This document shows positions 20,557 through 30,903 of a DNA stretch of 64,000 nucleotides, one piece after another. The translations under genes were made by a program, and so were the position numbers. The stretch is from Bacteroidales bacterium (GTDB lineage: Bacteria; Bacteroidota; Bacteroidia; Bacteroidales; VadinHA17), in contig JAGPFZ010000004.1 of assembly GCA_018056245.1 (NCBI GenBank), positions 7,508-71,507 on the forward strand. Reading direction: 5' to 3'. The notes beneath the pieces were generated by a model. That model was not told the origin of the DNA. It did no database searches and saw only the letters and a program-made list of their open reading frames with translations. Position 1 is the stretch's first letter. Every line of letters starts with the position of its first letter.

Positions 20557-20590
20557 AAAAGCCCCTTACACGGTGGGGTAAAGGGCTTTT
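20557..20590 (-). terminator. intrinsic terminator after groEL
   Basis: AAAAGCCCCTTA...TAAAGGGCTTTT imperfect hairpin with T-rich sequence following on the minus strand. Confidence 0.6.
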
Positions 20591-20611
20591 TATATCATAA
20601 ATTCCTCACTT

Positions 20612-22255
<1,644 letters not shown>

Positions 22256-22282
22256 TTAGTTTAATTTGATTGATTAAAAATT

Positions 22283-22561
22283 TTACTGAATAAACAGAAT
22301 GTCAGACTGCGACAAAAGCAAATATTCTTCACCGTCAATAGTGAGTTCCTGCCCGGCATATTTGCCGTAAAGCACAACATCACCCTCCTTCACTTCCATT
22401 TCCTCGTCTTTTTTAGGAGCTCCAACAAGAATAACTGTCCCTTGACGCGGTTTTTCTTTTGCTGAATCGGGAATTATGATCCCGCTGGCAGTCTTATCTT
22501 CTGCTTCATGAGGTTTTACAAGAACCTTTCCTGCCAGAATTTTACCTTTAATTTTTGCCAT
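22283..22561 (-). CDS. groES: co-chaperonin GroES
   Basis: 92 aa with KPxxxxVLVKP-type N-terminus, GIIIPDSAKEKP and YGKYAGQE. Confidence 0.95.
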   Translation of the reverse strand: MAKIKGKILAGKVLVKPHEAEDKTASGIIIPDSAKEKPRQGTVILVGAPKKDEEMEVKEGDVVLYGKYAGQELTIDGEEYLLLSQSDILFIQ

Positions 22562-22606
22562 TTTTATTATTGTTTTAGGTTTAACATTTATTAGCTGTAG
22601 TATTCT

Positions 22607-22634
22607 TGCATATATTATGCCAATATTATGCCAA
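22607..22634 (-). promoter_or_regulatory. tandem sigma54-like -24/-12 element upstream of groES (candidate only)
   Basis: The minus strand reads TTGGCATAATAT-TGGCATAATATATGCA. The proximal TGGCAT-N7-TGCA places GG and GC 12 nt apart, as in the TGGCAC-N5-TTGC consensus. The 11-mer TGGCATAATAT is duplicated. Confidence 0.3.
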
Positions 22635-22639
22635 ACATA
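22632..22639 (-). promoter_or_regulatory. Bacteroidota -7 box candidate upstream of groES
   Basis: The minus strand reads TATGTTTG (TAnnTTTG), ~70 nt upstream of the groES ATG. Motif match only. Confidence 0.3.
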
Positions 22640-22757
22640 TATTAATGTCAGTTTGATATTTTAATCTTCTTATTCAACCTACGTTTTTTGGCATCTGGAA
22701 ATAAAAAAATCGGCATATTGATTAGCTTGCCAAATTAGTTTCTTGACAAAAATAAAA

Positions 22758-22782
22758 ATGTCAGTTTATGACAAACTGACAT
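22758..22782 (-). terminator. intrinsic terminator after secG
   Basis: Perfect 10-bp inverted repeat ATGTCAGTTT-ATGAC-AAACTGACAT. On the minus strand it is followed by TTTTATTTTTG. Confidence 0.65.
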
Positions 22783-22810
22783 ATAAAAGTTTAAATCTTA
22801 AGAAAATTTT

Positions 22811-23185
22811 TCATTGGCCTGGTTCCTGCTGATTTCCCTGTGTAGAAGGATTTGCACCTTCAGCAGGTGGCACTGCAGTCGGAAGAGTGGGTATTGCATT
22901 TGGGTCAATAGCATTCTGAATCTGATTCTCGATCCTAGAACGCTGGTTCTCACCGCCTCTTGGTATAACCGCAGTTGCAACCAGAGAAAGAACGAGTATA
23001 GATATCGCAATACCCCATGTAGCTTTTTCGAGAAAATCGGCCGTTTTCCTAACACCCAACGACTGACCTGCAGAACTCCAATTAGAAGCTAAACCTCCAC
23101 CTTTTGAGTTTTGCACCAACACAATAAGTATTTGAAGGCAGCATGCGATAATTATCAATACCGTAATAAAAATATAGACACCCAT
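22811..23185 (-). CDS. secG: preprotein translocase subunit SecG
   Basis: N-terminal TM helix followed by LVQNSKGGGLAS, the SecG signature, then a second TM helix. Confidence 0.85.
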   Translation of the reverse strand: MGVYIFITVLIIIACCLQILIVLVQNSKGGGLASNWSSAGQSLGVRKTADFLEKATWGIAISILVLSLVATAVIPRGGENQRSRIENQIQNAIDPNAIPTLPTAVPPAEGANPSTQGNQQEPGQ

Positions 23186-23186
23186 T

Positions 23187-24113
23187 TCAATCTGACTTTA
23201 TATTTTTTCTAATTTCTTCGATTTGAGATGCAAAATAACTACTTTTTTCTGGATATTTCATACACAATTTTTCATATAGCTCTATAGCTCTGGAAAAATA
23301 ACCCTGGTTAATATATATTTTTGCCAGAGTTTCGGATACAAATTCACCTTTTTCTTCAGTAAATGGTTTTGAAATATCAATAACAGACTCTTCCTTTTTC
23401 TCTTTTGACGGTTCTATTCTTGGATTGGCAAGAATAAATTTCTCAATAAGTTCTGCCTCTGATATATGGGGATCTGAAGCTATATTTATAGTATCCTCAT
23501 TAATCTCCTCCTTTTCTTTCGTGTTAATTGAATCTTTTTCGAGTTCAAGTAGCTCTTCCCTGCTTCCGTTCAATGAAAGCGATGGATCCATATAAAATAC
23601 GTTCTCTTCGTATTTAGTTTCGCCGTCATCATAAATAATTTTAAGTATTGCAGAATTATCGAATTCAGAATCTGTTGCAATATAAATTGTGTTATCCTTA
23701 TCTTTTACCGGCTCTTCAAGCAATTCTTTTTTTTCTTCCTGTTCAAACATTTTTGTGAGTTCTTCACTATTTCGACCTATATCTATAACTACCTGAAGAT
23801 TTTCCACACTATCATTTTGAGTTACGACTCCATGCTCGACTTTAGCCTTTGACGAGTGATAGAAAAAAGTATTGATTAGTTTATCAGAATGAATAAGATA
23901 ATATAGTACTTCTCTGTTTGCAATATTCAGAGCAGATTGATGAAGTTGATTTTCAAACCTCACGTCACCTGTATTATATAAACCCTTGAGAAGAAGAAGG
24001 TGAGCACTTTGAAACCATGGATAAATGCCGGTAAGTTCTTTCAATTCAGCAGTAATCTCACGGTCAATTGAACCGGTGTTTTCTATAAGATTCAAAAAAT
24101 CCTTCCTGTTCAT
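23187..24113 (-). CDS. TPR-containing hypothetical protein
   Basis: A single clear C-terminal TPR (LAKIYINQGYFSRAIELYEKLCMKYPEKS) and an acidic low-complexity middle. 1-nt gap to secG and 4-nt gap to lptE. Confidence 0.6.
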   Translation of the reverse strand: MNRKDFLNLIENTGSIDREITAELKELTGIYPWFQSAHLLLLKGLYNTGDVRFENQLHQSALNIANREVLYYLIHSDKLINTFFYHSSKAKVEHGVVTQNDSVENLQVVIDIGRNSEELTKMFEQEEKKELLEEPVKDKDNTIYIATDSEFDNSAILKIIYDDGETKYEENVFYMDPSLSLNGSREELLELEKDSINTKEKEEINEDTINIASDPHISEAELIEKFILANPRIEPSKEKKEESVIDISKPFTEEKGEFVSETLAKIYINQGYFSRAIELYEKLCMKYPEKSSYFASQIEEIRKNIKSD

Positions 24114-24117
24114 TATA

Positions 24118-24645
24118 TTACCAGTTTACAAAAGCAGCATTAAAAATATCCTCTACAATCAGTTTAATTATTTCGTCGGAAAGTTCTTTTTCAACATCGC
24201 TAAGGTTCAGGCGACTGTCATAATCTTTATATCTGGTAAAAATCCTTTCATAACTATATTGAGGCTCAACAGTATTTGTGAACTTGACTTTAACAGAAAT
24301 CGTGAACCTATTCATAGCAGCTCTTGAATCGGCTGAAGCAGTAATAGGCCTGGTGTTATAGTCTGTTATTTCGCCTTCGAAATTTACATCTCCAAAACCA
24401 TTGACTAAACTCAATCGTGTTTGTGCTCTGCATTTATCTATCAATTCATCGGTAAGCGACTGACTGAGACCAGGCTGAACAAGGCTTGCCCGGTTCTGAA
24501 AATATTGTACGCTCAATGTCTTTACCTGTGGTGAAATACTTGCACCTGAAAAAGAATATGATATCTTGCATCCAACGGCAGAAAAAAATGCAAAAAGAAA
24601 TATAAAAACTAATATTCCTGGATATTTACTACATTTTAATGTCAT
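24118..24645 (-). CDS. lptE: LptE-family LPS-assembly lipoprotein
   Basis: Lipobox FFSAVGC. Size and context match Bacteroidota LptE-family proteins. Family assignment is from memory of sequence and context. Confidence 0.65.
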   Translation of the reverse strand: MTLKCSKYPGILVFIFLFAFFSAVGCKISYSFSGASISPQVKTLSVQYFQNRASLVQPGLSQSLTDELIDKCRAQTRLSLVNGFGDVNFEGEITDYNTRPITASADSRAAMNRFTISVKVKFTNTVEPQYSYERIFTRYKDYDSRLNLSDVEKELSDEIIKLIVEDIFNAAFVNW

Positions 24646-25879
24646 ACTCCTTTATCTTACGGTAAAGTGTACGTTCTGATATTCCAAGCTCTTTTGCAGC
24701 ATATTTTCTTTTATGATTATGTTTCTCTAGAGCTTTCTTAATTAGCTCGGCTTCTTTATCAGAAATAGAAAGAGATTCGTCTCTGATTTCTTCAGTATCC
24801 TGTATGACTGCCGGTTCATCTTTTGATCCAAAATCTTCAACCGGTTCCATATTTATATTATTCAAGTTATTAACAGCTTTATTAATACTTTCAATATCCG
24901 TCCTCTTTTTAAGAGTAATTGGAGTTCCTTCTCTCAGACTTTCATCCCTCTCTCTGTTAAGAATTTCAAAAATTAATTTTTTTAAATCATTCATATCGCT
25001 CTTCATATCGAACAGGATTTTGTAAAGAATTTCCCTTTCTGAAGAAAAAGATTTTTCATCAGTGCGGTAAAGAGGAGCAGGTAATTTTATATTTGTATAA
25101 TCGGGAAGATAATGTTGAAGTATCGTTTCAGTTATTTCCCGCTCATTCTCGATAATTGAAATCTGCTCCGTAATATTTTTAAGCTGTCGGACATTACCCG
25201 GCCATTCATAATTAAGCAACATAACCTGTGCTTCGCTTGTTAATTTTATAGGCGGCATTCTGTAACGTTCTGCAAAATCTGCAGCAAATTTACGGAACAG
25301 AAGAATAATATCCTCTCCCCTGTCCCTTAAAGAAGGTACCTTTATTGGGACTGTATTAAGTCTGTAGAAAAGATCTTCTCTGAATTTACCCTCAGCTATT
25401 AATGAAGGTAAATCAACATTACTTGCAGCAATTACTCTTACATTGGTTTTCTGAACTTTTGATGAACCCACCCTAATAAACTCTCCGGTTTCAAGTACAC
25501 GTAAAAGTCTTACCTGTGTTGACAGTGGTAATTCGCCAACCTCATCGAGAAAAATCGTTCCATCATTAGCTACTTCAAAATATCCCTTCCTGCTGTCAAT
25601 GGCACCTGTAAAAGAACCCTTTTCATGGCCAAAAAGCTCCGAGTCTATTGTCCCTTCCGGTATAGCACCACAGTTTACCGGAATATAAGGACCATGTTTC
25701 CGCGCGCTGAAATAATGAATTACCTGAGGAAATATTTCTTTACCTGTTCCACTTTCACCTGTTATTAATACCGAAAGATCGGTTGGAGCAACCTGAATAG
25801 CAATATCAAGTGCCTGATTAAGGCCTGGATGATTCCCAATAATACCAAATCTTTGCTTAATACTCTGTAAATCTTTCAT
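24629..25879 (-). CDS. sigma54-dependent transcriptional activator (bEBP) lacking an N-terminal sensory domain
   Basis: Walker A GESGTGKE at residue ~42, sigma54-contact loop ELFGHEKGSFTGA, Walker B LDEVGEL, and a C-terminal Fis-type HTH (AAKELGISERTLYRKIKEY). Confidence 0.9.
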   Translation of the reverse strand: MKDLQSIKQRFGIIGNHPGLNQALDIAIQVAPTDLSVLITGESGTGKEIFPQVIHYFSARKHGPYIPVNCGAIPEGTIDSELFGHEKGSFTGAIDSRKGYFEVANDGTIFLDEVGELPLSTQVRLLRVLETGEFIRVGSSKVQKTNVRVIAASNVDLPSLIAEGKFREDLFYRLNTVPIKVPSLRDRGEDIILLFRKFAADFAERYRMPPIKLTSEAQVMLLNYEWPGNVRQLKNITEQISIIENEREITETILQHYLPDYTNIKLPAPLYRTDEKSFSSEREILYKILFDMKSDMNDLKKLIFEILNRERDESLREGTPITLKKRTDIESINKAVNNLNNINMEPVEDFGSKDEPAVIQDTEEIRDESLSISDKEAELIKKALEKHNHKRKYAAKELGISERTLYRKIKEYDIKM

Positions 25880-25953
25880 TCTTAACTTAACTATCTTGCA
25901 AATTTAATGATTTTTTTTGACAGTCAGAAATTCAAATTTTGTAATTTAGCTTA

Positions 25954-26730
25954 ATGAAAACAATAAATGATATCAAAATTACAGGCATTATACCAGCCCG
26001 CTACGGATCAACACGATTCCCTGGTAAACCACTTGCTCTCCTTGGTGATAAGACTCTGATAAGACGTGTTTATGAGCAGTCTTCTATAGCCTTAAAAGAA
26101 GTTTATGTGGCAACCGATGATCAGAGGATAATTGATGCTGTCAACTCATTCGGCGGGAAAACAGTAATGACATCTACCACTCACAGAAGCGGAACCGACC
26201 GATGCGCCGAAGCTATCATCTCAATTGAAAAAGTTACCGGTAAGCCTGTGGATGTAATTATAAATATTCAGGGCGATGAGCCTTTCATCCAACCTGAAAA
26301 TGTCCGACTTCTTGCTTCTTGTTTCAACGATCCTGCCGTTGAAATAGCCACTCTTATACGGAGAGTCAGCCCGGAGGAAGACCTTTTTGACCCTAATCAT
26401 CCTAAAGTTGTCGTTAATATCAAAGGCGATGCAATATACTTCAGCAGGTCGGTCATACCTTATATCAGAGATGCGGAAAAAAATGAGTGGAGTAGCAGAC
26501 ATACCTATTTTAAACACATAGGGATATATGGATACAGAAAAGAGACTCTTCTGAAAATAACTTCACTGAAACCCGGGACTCTTGAGATTGCAGAATCGCT
26601 TGAACAAAACCGCTGGATCGAAAACGGATATATTATCCGTACAGCTGTGGCCGACTGGAAGAGTATAAGTATTGACACTCCGGAAGATCTTGAAACTGCA
26701 AGAAAATTCCTCGAAAAATACAATTCCTGA
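25954..26730 (+). CDS. kdsB: 3-deoxy-manno-octulosonate cytidylyltransferase
   Basis: IIPARYGSTRFPGKPL, GTDRCAEA, NIQGDEPF and HIGIYGY. Confidence 0.92.
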   Translation: MKTINDIKITGIIPARYGSTRFPGKPLALLGDKTLIRRVYEQSSIALKEVYVATDDQRIIDAVNSFGGKTVMTSTTHRSGTDRCAEAIISIEKVTGKPVDVIINIQGDEPFIQPENVRLLASCFNDPAVEIATLIRRVSPEEDLFDPNHPKVVVNIKGDAIYFSRSVIPYIRDAEKNEWSSRHTYFKHIGIYGYRKETLLKITSLKPGTLEIAESLEQNRWIENGYIIRTAVADWKSISIDTPEDLETARKFLEKYNS

Positions 26731-26814
26731 GTAAATACGTAACCGTCAGACAGAATTTAAAAACATATAATTTAATAAATTATTTCTGCTGAAAAGTAAC
26801 TCTTTCATGATAAA

Positions 26815-27795
26815 TTAAATCAACGATTTAAAATATTCCTTTTCTTCTGTAAAATCTATGCCGGGTATTTTCTTTTCAATCGCTGAAATCCTGTCAAGAA
26901 TAGTTATGGAAAATTTTTTAACTGATTCGCCCGCAGGAGACATTAACCTGTGTTTCCTGGCCTTTACTATCTCCATTACTTCATTTAAAAAATAAATAGT
27001 TTCATCACTGAAATATGCATGTGAAAAAGCATTAAAGACATAATTGACAGCAAACGAAGAAGGATGCACCATATCGTCGTTGTAAAACCTGTAATCGCGA
27101 AGGTCATCCATAATTAGTTCATAGGCTGGGAAATAGCGCGGTAACGAAGGATGTAAAAGTAACTTTTCAATTGAGAGAAAAAGCACCGATTTGCTAACTT
27201 GATTCCCATGAGCACTCTCTTTCAGATAACGCACAGGGCTTACTGTGAATATTGTTTTCAGCCTGTTGTTGAAACTTTTAATCTTATCAAGCAAAGGCAT
27301 CCAGAATTCACATATCGAGTCAACCGATAAAATCTCCTCAACAAAATAATATGAAGGAAGCTTATGACAGTTTGAAACAATCATTCCGTTTTCTCTTAAT
27401 CTGTAAACCCTTGCTGTTCCAAATGTAAAAAACAGAAATGAAGCCTCTTTTAAAAAATCATGGGCTTTTATAATTGATTCATTTATCTTTTTAAGAGTTA
27501 TATCAGAATTATCCGATGAAAATTCAGTATTATGAAAAAAACTATGATATAAATTATCATATCTGAAAAGATCGTCTCTACCGAATAATCTTCTATCCAT
27601 AATAATATCAACTGCATTACCGACAGAAACAGGATTATACACAGATCCAAAAGGATTAATCATTACTTTCATTTTTAACTCTTCCATCATGCGCCCTGTT
27701 TCAAAAGCAAAACACGATCCAATGAACAGCACAGGGGTAAAATAGCTTATTTTCTCACGTGAAGGCTCTATATCAAAAGTAGTTCGTAGTATCAT
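26815..27795 (-). CDS. GSCFA-domain protein (function unknown)
   Basis: The eponymous motif FIGSCFA is at residues ~24-30. 326 aa. Confidence 0.75.
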   Translation of the reverse strand: MILRTTFDIEPSREKISYFTPVLFIGSCFAFETGRMMEELKMKVMINPFGSVYNPVSVGNAVDIIMDRRLFGRDDLFRYDNLYHSFFHNTEFSSDNSDITLKKINESIIKAHDFLKEASFLFFTFGTARVYRLRENGMIVSNCHKLPSYYFVEEILSVDSICEFWMPLLDKIKSFNNRLKTIFTVSPVRYLKESAHGNQVSKSVLFLSIEKLLLHPSLPRYFPAYELIMDDLRDYRFYNDDMVHPSSFAVNYVFNAFSHAYFSDETIYFLNEVMEIVKARKHRLMSPAGESVKKFSITILDRISAIEKKIPGIDFTEEKEYFKSLI

Positions 27796-28053
27796 ATCTC
27801 AATATTTTTCTCTTTTTTCATTTAAAGAGACGATAAAAATAAAGATAATTTTCAAGTGTAAAATCTACAAATTTAAAATATTTCTTTTAACCATAATTTA
27901 TTTTCATTTCTATATTTTACTAATCTGTAATCATTTGCAATATATTCCTATTTAGAATAAATAATTTATTATATATTTATAGATATATGGATATATATAT
28001 CTTAATATATTTTATTATCTTTGCATAAGTATAAATTTATAAAAATATCAACA

Positions 28054-28557
28054 ATGACAACAAATGAATTTAACGATAAACTGATAGAAATGAATAGCAA
28101 CCTTAGAAGGTTTGCCATGAGTTTAACTGCCGACAGAAATGATGCATCCGACCTGATACAGGATACATATCTTAAAGCAATTACTTTCAGGAACAAATTC
28201 GTTGACAATTCAAACCTGAAAGCATGGATCTTTACAATTATGAAAAATACTTTTATAAATAATTACCGCAGAAGTGTCAAAAAAAATAATTTAATTGACA
28301 TTACAAAAGACCCCTGTTATGTTAATCTTTCCGAGGATAAAGGTTTTGTTTCGACCGAATCTAATTATTCTGCAAAAGAAATAATACAGGCCATAGAAAG
28401 CCTTGATGATGAATTTAAAATCCCTTTCATAATGCACATTGAAGGATATAAATACCAGGAAATTGCAGAAAAACTCAATCTCAAAATAGGAACGGTAAAA
28501 AGCAGAATTTTCTTCTCACGCCAGAAGCTTATGAAAATACTTAGAGATTACAATTAG
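28054..28557 (+). CDS. ECF-type RNA polymerase sigma-70 factor
   Basis: Region 2 (ASDLIQDTYLKA...WIFTIMKNTFINNYR) and region 4 (YQEIAEKLNLKIGTVKSRIFFSRQKL). ATG 28054 is preferred over TTG 28021. Confidence 0.85.
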   Translation: MTTNEFNDKLIEMNSNLRRFAMSLTADRNDASDLIQDTYLKAITFRNKFVDNSNLKAWIFTIMKNTFINNYRRSVKKNNLIDITKDPCYVNLSEDKGFVSTESNYSAKEIIQAIESLDDEFKIPFIMHIEGYKYQEIAEKLNLKIGTVKSRIFFSRQKLMKILRDYN

Positions 28558-28622
28558 AAATAACAGCTATCAGTCTTCAATTAAAAAAATGTAATTTTGT
28601 CACTGAAAAATATTCTGATCAC

Positions 28623-29030
28623 ATGCAGAAAATTATTTCATTAGACACGAATGCAAGAAATGCTTTGTACGACATTACGTCAATGGTTTCTTCTATTGTA
28701 AAAGAAAGCGGGATAAAAAACGGCCTTGTTTCAGTTTATGCCAGAGGTTCTACTGCGGCAATAATGATTCAGGAAAACTGGGATGAGTCTGTTCAGAAAG
28801 ATGTTGTTACACTTCTCAATAAGTTGATCCCTCATGGTATATGGGAACACGACAGGCAGGATAATAACGGTGATGCTCACCTGAAAGCAGGTATTGTAGG
28901 TGCGTCCGAAACAATTCCAATTATCAATGGTTCGCTCGGCCTTTCAACATGGCAGAATATTTTCTTCTGCGAATTTGATGGCCCACGTAACAAAAGAGAG
29001 ATAGCCGTTACAGTAATAGAAGATAAGTAA
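28623..29030 (+). CDS. yjbQ: YjbQ/UPF0047-family protein (secondary thiamine-phosphate synthase)
   Basis: GDAHLKAGIVGASETIPIINGSLGLSTWQNIFFCEFDGPR is the family signature. Confidence 0.85.
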   Translation: MQKIISLDTNARNALYDITSMVSSIVKESGIKNGLVSVYARGSTAAIMIQENWDESVQKDVVTLLNKLIPHGIWEHDRQDNNGDAHLKAGIVGASETIPIINGSLGLSTWQNIFFCEFDGPRNKREIAVTVIEDK

Positions 29031-29058
29031 CAAAATAGTCTCTCACAGGTTCATTTCT

Positions 29059-29988
29059 CTAATTATCGGTTTTATTTAGTATAATATCAATATTTTTTCT
29101 GAACTTTTCGAATCCTGCCCGGGACACTGGTGTATTTCCGAAGATTCTTTCAAATTTCTCCTCTGTCATTGATAACCATTCGTCTTTTGTTAAATATTTC
29201 AGTTCTTCTGAAATATCAAATTCGTGATGATTATGGTTTTTTGCATTACGGTTATAGGGGCAAACTTCCTGGCAGAGGTCGCACCCATAAATCCGATTTC
29301 CGAATAACACTGCCAGTTCAGTAGGGATAGGATTTTTATTTTCTATTGTAAGATTTGATATACATTTTCTTGCATCAACTGTATAGTCACCATTAATTGC
29401 TCTGGTTGGGCATCTCTCAAGGCATTCCGTACAGTCGCCGCATTTTTCATCATCATGTGGAGTATCATATTGAAGTGATATGTTCACCAGAATAACTCCA
29501 AGAAAAAAGAATGAGCCCTTTTTTTCATTTATTAAAAGTGAGTTCTTGCCCTGTCGGCCAAGGCCTGCTTCAACTGCCCATAATTTTTCGGCTATAGGCC
29601 CTGAATCACAAAAAGTTTTACCTTCAGCACCTGGTGAGGAAGATTTGATAAACTCGAGCAGTATGTTCAATTTGCCGGTAACGACTTTATGATAATCCAT
29701 TCCGAAAGCATACCTCGAGACAACAGGAACATCATTATGAATCTGGATATTATCTGTATAATAATCCATTCCGGTCACGATTACTGAAAGTGCATCCGGT
29801 AAAAGTTTGAAAGGATTTATTCTTGTTTCAATATCACGGCAAAGCCAATTCATTTTATCATTTTGTCCCTCCATGCACCATTTACTGAAGCTTTGTTCAT
29901 ATTCTGAAAGACGTCTGGCAGGGGCAATGCCACAAAGATCAAATCCAAGTGAAAACGCCTTCTCCTTTATATCCGACGACAAACTCAT
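29059..29988 (-). CDS. queG: epoxyqueuosine reductase
   Basis: Two ferredoxin-like cysteine clusters, CGDCTECLERCP and CDLCQEVCPYN. The N-terminal domain is typical of QueG. Confidence 0.88.
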   Translation of the reverse strand: MSLSSDIKEKAFSLGFDLCGIAPARRLSEYEQSFSKWCMEGQNDKMNWLCRDIETRINPFKLLPDALSVIVTGMDYYTDNIQIHNDVPVVSRYAFGMDYHKVVTGKLNILLEFIKSSSPGAEGKTFCDSGPIAEKLWAVEAGLGRQGKNSLLINEKKGSFFFLGVILVNISLQYDTPHDDEKCGDCTECLERCPTRAINGDYTVDARKCISNLTIENKNPIPTELAVLFGNRIYGCDLCQEVCPYNRNAKNHNHHEFDISEELKYLTKDEWLSMTEEKFERIFGNTPVSRAGFEKFRKNIDIILNKTDN

Positions 29989-30014
29989 TTTAAACTTCAG
30001 GTTTACTACTACAA

Positions 30015-30335
30015 TTACATAAGACCAAGTTCAAGCCGGGCTTCATCACTCATCATATTTATGTCCCATGGAGGATCAAATGTCAGCTTGAGATCACATT
30101 CTTTTACACCGCGTATGTTTGTAACCTTGTATTTTACTTCTTCCAGAATATCTCCGGCAATAGGACAGCCTGGCGCAGTTAATGTCATTGTAATATGAGC
30201 TACATGATCATCGTCAACTTCTACTTTATAAACCAATCCCAGATCGAATATATTTATTGGAATTTCCGGATCATAAACAGATTTCAACACTCCTGTAATG
30301 CGCGATTCTATTTCTTTTTTTTCTGAAGATTCCAT
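30015..30335 (-). CDS. SUF-system Fe-S assembly protein (DUF59/MIP18, SufT-like)
   Basis: VYDPEIPINIFDLGLVY...TLTAPGCPIAG is the DUF59 signature. It sits at the distal end of the suf cluster. Confidence 0.8.
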   Translation of the reverse strand: MESSEKKEIESRITGVLKSVYDPEIPINIFDLGLVYKVEVDDDHVAHITMTLTAPGCPIAGDILEEVKYKVTNIRGVKECDLKLTFDPPWDINMMSDEARLELGLM

Positions 30336-30453
30336 TTTTATTGTTTTTAATAGTTAATGAAAAAACATGGTTTTAAATCTCTAATTGTAAAAGTATTTTA
30401 ACCATAAACTTTTGCACTTTCTATATTCTCTAAGTAAGGGAAGAATTATTAAA

Positions 30454-30888
30454 CTAAGGCATGTTATTTTTGTCTTTTAATTCAAAGGCCATAGCATAGA
30501 GTTTTATTTGTTTTATCATGGCAAGCAGACCGTTGGAGCGAGTAGGCGACAGGTTTTGTCGCAAACCTATTTTATCAATAAACCATAAGTCGGCGTTTTT
30601 TATCTCTTCCGGAGTGTGACCTGACAAAACCTTTATAAGAAGCGATATTATTCCTTTAGTAATTAGTGCGTCGCTATCTGCGCTGAAAGTAATGATTCCA
30701 TCATTGAATTCCGGGCAAAGCCACACTTTCGACTGACAGCCTTCAATTAGATATTCATTTGTTTTTTTCGAAGGATCTAATGGAGGGAGTTCTCTCCCCT
30801 TTTCAATTAGAAGACCATATTTATCCATCCAGTCGTCGAATTCCGAAAATTCATCCACTATCTGTTGCTGCGTTTCGTTGATAGTCAT
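30454..30888 (-). CDS. sufE: SufE-family sulfur acceptor
   Basis: IEGCQSKVWL active-site cysteine motif. 144 aa. Confidence 0.85.
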   Translation of the reverse strand: MTINETQQQIVDEFSEFDDWMDKYGLLIEKGRELPPLDPSKKTNEYLIEGCQSKVWLCPEFNDGIITFSADSDALITKGIISLLIKVLSGHTPEEIKNADLWFIDKIGLRQNLSPTRSNGLLAMIKQIKLYAMAFELKDKNNMP

Positions 30889-30903
30889 ATATTTATTATA
30901 AGA

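Noticed and set aside
22562-22800. CIRCE/HrcA operator upstream of groES
   Set aside because: I looked for TTAGCACTC-N9-GAGTGCTAA on both strands. Only a vague TTAGCTGTAG is present, with no inverted partner.
27960-28020. Alternating AT-rich runs that might be a microsatellite or CRISPR-like repeat
   Set aside because: They are short, irregular low-complexity sequence in a divergent promoter region, with no repeat-spacer periodicity.
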